In this document: positions 60,145 through 64,000 of the stretch, piece by piece
Numbering within the stretch: the first letter of the stretch is position 1
Layout: each line of letters starts with the position of its first letter
Source of the DNA: a bacterium
Lineage (GTDB): Bacteria > JAMOTN01
NCBI GenBank assembly: GCA_027062325.1
Contig: JAMOTN010000079.1
Location: 361 to 64,360, forward strand
Direction of reading: 5' to 3'
Length of the DNA stretch: 64,000 nucleotides
Program-made: the position numbers and the translations under genes
Notes under the pieces: generated by a model
The model's input: only the letters and a program-made list of their open reading frames with translations
The model's database searches: none
Told to the model about the DNA's origin: nothing

Positions 60145-61290
60145 CTAACCAAATAGAAACTTTAAAAACAGGATAGAGAACACAAACATAGTCACTCCAA
60201 ATATATGGTAATACTTAACAAAATCTATGGCTAGCCCCCATTTCTGAACAAACCTTAAAACTATCATATTGGCAAGTGAAGAGGTCAACACTCCACACCC
60301 TCCTAAATTAACACCATAGCTTAAAGCCTTTACATCTACATACTTGTGAGCCAGTAAAACTGTTGCAGGTACATTACTGATAACCTGACTCAAAAGCAAA
60401 GCAAAACTTGATAACTTAAATTTAGAATCAAAACAATCTGTATCCACAATTTTCTCTAATAAAAATGAAAACAATCGAAAATCCAAAATCAACAACAATA
60501 ACGCTACAATCAAAAACCAATCAAGAGTAGCAAATACATCTTCAAATAATAAAAAGCTCAGCACCCAGATGGGAAGTTGTATATAAACATCTACTCCAAA
60601 ATCCATTGCCATTACGAAAATTAACATTATTAGCAAAGCAATTAAAAGCCTATATATAGAAATTCTACCCTTCTCATTTTCTACTCCATTGAACTTTATA
60701 TTCTTCTCTAACTTAAACATTCTTCTAAATACAGAAAAATAAAATAATAAAGCCAGCAGTGCAGAAAATAAAAGGTAAGGTAGCATCATTTTAAAAAATT
60801 CAATCACTCCAAAACTGTAGAAAGACATCAAGTACATATTTTGAGGATTTCCAATAGGCGAAAAACCACTAAATAAATTGACTACAACAGCTGTAAAAAC
60901 AGCAAGGCTTAATAAATCACTATTCAAAAAATTTGAAAATATAGGCAATAATGGCATTATTATCAAAAGAGATATATCATTTGTCAGGAGGATTGCCATT
61001 AAAAATACAAACAGCAGATAAACACCCCATCTACTAAAAATACCTATCCTCCTGAGTTTATAAACATAAAATTTTACAAGGCTTAACAAACCACTGAAAC
61101 GCAATAAATTTGTAAGCAAAAAAAGTGTAAAAATTCTCCCCAATCCTAAAAAGACATCCCTTTTAAAAACCCTATCCAACTCTACAACTTTTTTAAAATA
61201 GATTACTCCCACTGCTACGGCAAAAAGCAACAGCAAAGATGATATTATAAACTTCTCATGCCGGCTTAAAGTAATCACAATCAACGCCAA
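60145..61290 (-). CDS. ArsB/NhaD/CitMHS-superfamily anion permease
   Basis: ~10-12 TM helices; GNPQNM and ISNVPATVLL motifs typical of the ArsB_NhaD permease fold. Confidence 0.5.
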   Translation of the reverse strand: MALIVITLSRHEKFIISSLLLLFAVAVGVIYFKKVVELDRVFKRDVFLGLGRIFTLFLLTNLLRFSGLLSLVKFYVYKLRRIGIFSRWGVYLLFVFLMAILLTNDISLLIIMPLLPIFSNFLNSDLLSLAVFTAVVVNLFSGFSPIGNPQNMYLMSFYSFGVIEFFKMMLPYLLFSALLALLFYFSVFRRMFKLEKNIKFNGVENEKGRISIYRLLIALLIMLIFVMAMDFGVDVYIQLPIWVLSFLLFEDVFATLDWFLIVALLLLILDFRLFSFLLEKIVDTDCFDSKFKLSSFALLLSQVISNVPATVLLAHKYVDVKALSYGVNLGGCGVLTSSLANMIVLRFVQKWGLAIDFVKYYHIFGVTMFVFSILFLKFLFG

Positions 61291-61873
61291 CCTCTTCTGA
61301 GGTAAAATACTTATCTATCAAGCGACAATAGTGCTTGCCATCCTTATAATTTGGAATAAAGTTAACACAACTTATACACATACGCGTCATCTTCAAAAAA
61401 TTGTGTTTTTGGAGCTCAAATATTGTATCCACAAGCATTCCATAAACTTTCTTCTTATCTTCTTCTGGAAAATCAGCTATCACGTCCTCTATAAACTTAG
61501 AAACATCTTCTGCTGGTTGCAGGATTTTCCTCGCTTTGGCAGTTAACTCCAGAAAAACCACTCGCCTATCTTTCTTGTTTTCTTTACGGCGAATATAACC
61601 CTTATCTTCAAGTTTTCTAACTGCAACACTTATTGTAGGTTTTGCAACTTCAAGTTCACTAGATAGAAATGAGACCGTCCGAAATTTTTGAGGCACAGAA
61701 GAAAGCATAAAAAGAATATTTAACTGTAAAGCGGTCAAACCCTTACTATAAGCTATTTTCCAAAGTTTACCCTTTTGAAAAAAACACAGTTTCTTTATAG
61801 CTTCCCATATTCTTTTCTCTATAGGCATATTTTGGCCCTTCTGAGAACTTAGCTGTTTCTTACGCGGCATCAA
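61256..61873 (-). CDS. MarR-family transcriptional regulator with C-terminal Cys-rich domain
   Basis: wHTH LTALQLNILFML...TVSFLSSELEVAKPTISVAVRKLEDKGYIRR...DRRVVFLELT; C-terminal C-x2-C-x14-C-x15-C (plus DGKH); 35-nt overlap with the permease gene. Confidence 0.65.
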   Translation of the reverse strand: MMPRKKQLSSQKGQNMPIEKRIWEAIKKLCFFQKGKLWKIAYSKGLTALQLNILFMLSSVPQKFRTVSFLSSELEVAKPTISVAVRKLEDKGYIRRKENKKDRRVVFLELTAKARKILQPAEDVSKFIEDVIADFPEEDKKKVYGMLVDTIFELQKHNFLKMTRMCISCVNFIPNYKDGKHYCRLIDKYFTSEEVGVDCDYFKPA

Positions 61874-61908
61874 AATCTCCCCCTCTTTATATTGACATAC
61901 TAAAAGTT

Positions 61909-62877
61909 TTATATGCTAAGTACTATTTCCTCTGAATTCTTCAACTTCAGCAAAACACAATTATCGTTTATTTCAAAGTTTACCACAACTAACCACTTAT
62001 TTTCAAGAAAAATTAAAAATTTATAAATGTTTGCTTTGCTTACTTTTTTAAGTATTCTTTTTAAAGTAACAAAGATGGAAACTGGACTTCTATCCACACC
62101 AACAAAACTCCTACCTAGCTCCAAAGAAGTTACAGCAGTAGTCCCAGATCCCATTGTAAAGTCACCAATAATATCTCCCTTTTTACTGGATGACAAAATT
62201 ATTCTTTTTAAAAGTGCTGTCGGCTTTTGGGTAAAAAAACCCACTCTCTCCTTAGAAGAAGCCCTTATTACATCTATATCATCCCACCAATCAGGACATA
62301 TTTTATAGCGATACCACTGTTTTACTTTCGGATCATAGTATTCTTCAACACCCTTCCTACACATTCTATGCTTTAAATATTTCTTCACATACTGCCTTTT
62401 AAAAAACACACAAGATAATGACTTAGCATAAGCAAAAATGTTGTCATGCTTTCTAGGAAACCCCACTCGAGGAACACCACCTGTTTCATAACACCAAATT
62501 ATCTCGTTGACAAAATTATCCTCTCCAAACACCTCATCAAGCACAATCTTTGCATAATGCGCCACCCTCTGATCAACATGCAGGTAAAACCATCCACTGG
62601 AGCATAATTTCTCTCTAACACGTGCAGCAATGCCTTTTAGCCACTCTAACCACTTCTTCTTATCTCTAAAATCACTATAAGCCAAAATTCTCCTATTTCC
62701 AACATCAAAATAAAAATCCTTTCCTGTGCAGAAAGGAGGATCCATATAAACAAGTTGGAATCCTTTTTCAAAATTATCTAGAATATCTTCTGCCTTTCCA
62801 AAATAGAGCTCCACTTTAATTCCATCTATTAACTCTATCAAAATCTGCTCAGGAATCACTGTCATAGCAGGCATCAA
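61909..62877 (-). CDS. site-specific DNA methyltransferase (N6-adenine/N4-cytosine, beta-class)
   Basis: catalytic LVYMDPPF (motif IV) precedes the SAM-binding DFTMGSGTTAV (motif I), as in beta-class N6/N4 MTases; ~55-aa C-terminal extension. Confidence 0.75.
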   Translation of the reverse strand: MMPAMTVIPEQILIELIDGIKVELYFGKAEDILDNFEKGFQLVYMDPPFCTGKDFYFDVGNRRILAYSDFRDKKKWLEWLKGIAARVREKLCSSGWFYLHVDQRVAHYAKIVLDEVFGEDNFVNEIIWCYETGGVPRVGFPRKHDNIFAYAKSLSCVFFKRQYVKKYLKHRMCRKGVEEYYDPKVKQWYRYKICPDWWDDIDVIRASSKERVGFFTQKPTALLKRIILSSSKKGDIIGDFTMGSGTTAVTSLELGRSFVGVDRSPVSIFVTLKRILKKVSKANIYKFLIFLENKWLVVVNFEINDNCVLLKLKNSEEIVLSI

Positions 62878-62878
62878 A

Positions 62879-63937
62879 TCAAAAGCTTCCTTCCTCTATA
62901 AAATTAATCAAGCGTTCTTCAAAATTCTCAGCAAAAATCTCAACGTCATTTTTCGGTTTTAGCAAGTAATAGTTGTAGAGATAGCGTAGAAAATTATCTA
63001 CAAGCACAGTATCTACTTCCCAATTATCTAAATTTTTAATATGCTCCAACAACTCTGAAAAACTCCATGCTCTTTTAGCAATTCCATCTATATCATAAAA
63101 AGCTTGACCAAGCACTATAACCTTTTTATGCCATAATAGCGCCTCTACTCCCACACTTGAGTTGATCGTTACAACAACCTCTGCCTTCTCTATCAGCTCC
63201 TGAGTAGAATTAGATGCAAAGTGTAAATTTGGAAATTTATCTGCTATTCGATGTAATTTAGAATAGTCTGCAAATCTTTCTGAAGGATGTTCCTTAAAGA
63301 TAAAATGAAGATCTGGAAACTCCTTTGCAATATCAACAAATAGCCAAAACAACTGTTCCATACTCTTTATCCACGGAGAAAAATAAATTATCTGAGTATC
63401 ACTCCAAACCTGAAAAGGAATAAACACGTACTTTAAAGAGGAAACATCTATTTTTTTTACATTTTTAAATTTTCTACAAATAGCCGGCTTTCTAGGAATT
63501 AGATTTTGAGGTAGCTCCCCCTCAAAAAAATTTTTTTCATAAAAGCTTTTATCCCGCGGAACAGAATTCAAAAAATTAACTCCTTTTAAATCCGCTTGAA
63601 TAGTATCTGGCAAAGGACCGTTTTCCAAGTAAATAACAGGAATATTATATTGCATAGCTAATTGCCTAACTATAAATAAAGGATACTTTAAACCATTCCA
63701 TACAACTAAAACTTTGGGATTGTAATCTTCTATTAATCTTTTTACATACATCCCTATTCGTGGGAGCAAGAAACGATACAAGCTCATTTTAAATTCAACT
63801 TTCCAAGGATGTGAATGATGCTTATACTTCAATTCTTCTCTCTTCTTCCTTAAAAAAAAGTCAATCTCAGACTTTTCAATAGGAATTGGAGGATAAAAAG
63901 CAGAAAAAATAGGAAGGGGCTTTACCAGCCCCTTCAA
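62879..63937 (-). CDS. capsule polysaccharide biosynthesis protein (KpsS/KpsC-like, Capsule_synth family)
   Basis: YVFIPFQVWSDTQII...HFIFKEHPSE...VVVTINSSVGVEALLWHKKVIVLGQAFY matches the Capsule_synth (KpsS/KpsC C-terminal) signature; stop is 2 nt before the MTase start. Confidence 0.55.
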   Translation of the reverse strand: MKGLVKPLPIFSAFYPPIPIEKSEIDFFLRKKREELKYKHHSHPWKVEFKMSLYRFLLPRIGMYVKRLIEDYNPKVLVVWNGLKYPLFIVRQLAMQYNIPVIYLENGPLPDTIQADLKGVNFLNSVPRDKSFYEKNFFEGELPQNLIPRKPAICRKFKNVKKIDVSSLKYVFIPFQVWSDTQIIYFSPWIKSMEQLFWLFVDIAKEFPDLHFIFKEHPSERFADYSKLHRIADKFPNLHFASNSTQELIEKAEVVVTINSSVGVEALLWHKKVIVLGQAFYDIDGIAKRAWSFSELLEHIKNLDNWEVDTVLVDNFLRYLYNYYLLKPKNDVEIFAENFEERLINFIEEGSF

Positions 63938-64000
63938 TTTTTTAAAGTTCCCAACTACACCACTAAAGTACCTATAATTACTATGATACTTACAATAAGC

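Overview
This window is a gene-dense, mostly minus-strand stretch of core chromosome from a low-GC thermophilic bacterium. Its tRNA and RNase P genes are GC-rich, its proteins are Lys/Glu/Ile-rich, and a beta-barrel outer-membrane protein suggests a diderm envelope; I cannot assign a genus from sequence alone.

Content, in order:
- 1-10.6 kb: a partial dcw cell-wall cluster on the minus strand, ftsI-murE-murF-mraY-murD-ftsW-murG-murC. It lacks mraZ/rsmH/ftsL; an ICMT-like methyltransferase, two membrane/secreted hypotheticals and smpB sit upstream instead.
- 13-26 kb: an M23 peptidase, rho, a CaCA exchanger, psuG, a HEAT-repeat protein, engB, glyQ-glyS, an 843-aa TPR membrane protein and tRNA-Arg(CCG).
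- 26-29 kb: a beta-barrel OMP, an orphan ketol-acid-reductoisomerase-like protein and a phosphofructokinase carrying PPi-type signature residues.
- 29.5-29.9 kb: an RNase P RNA (rnpB) that the ORF track missed and covered with a spurious ORF.
- 30-34 kb: secreted/lipoprotein hypotheticals, one phosphodiester-glycosidase-like, and a B12-type radical SAM protein.
- 34-48.7 kb: mutL, tsaD, an SPFH protein, a fruK-like kinase with a long class II aldolase, the glycine cleavage operon gcvT-H-PA-PB, recA, a CinA-CTD/2',5'-RNA-ligase fusion and pgpA.
- 48.9-57 kb: on the plus strand, a secreted C11 clostripain-like peptidase, a 5'-nucleotidase and ksgA; then mnmA, nth and a hypothetical operon on the minus strand.
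- 57.0-57.5 kb: a tRNA array Val-Asp-Phe-Cys-Leu behind a near-consensus sigma70-type promoter.
- 57.6-64 kb: an accessory-looking block. It holds a PseG-like/GNAT fusion, then a minus-strand array of a KpsS/KpsC-like capsule gene, a solitary beta-class DNA methyltransferase, a MarR regulator with a Cys-rich tail, an ArsB/NhaD-type permease and MscS.

I found no CRISPR array, transposase or recognisable phage-defence proteins. The most unusual loci are the tRNA-flanked MTase/MarR/permease array, the atypical dcw neighbourhood and several gene fusions. All calls rest on motif recognition by eye; none was checked by database search.
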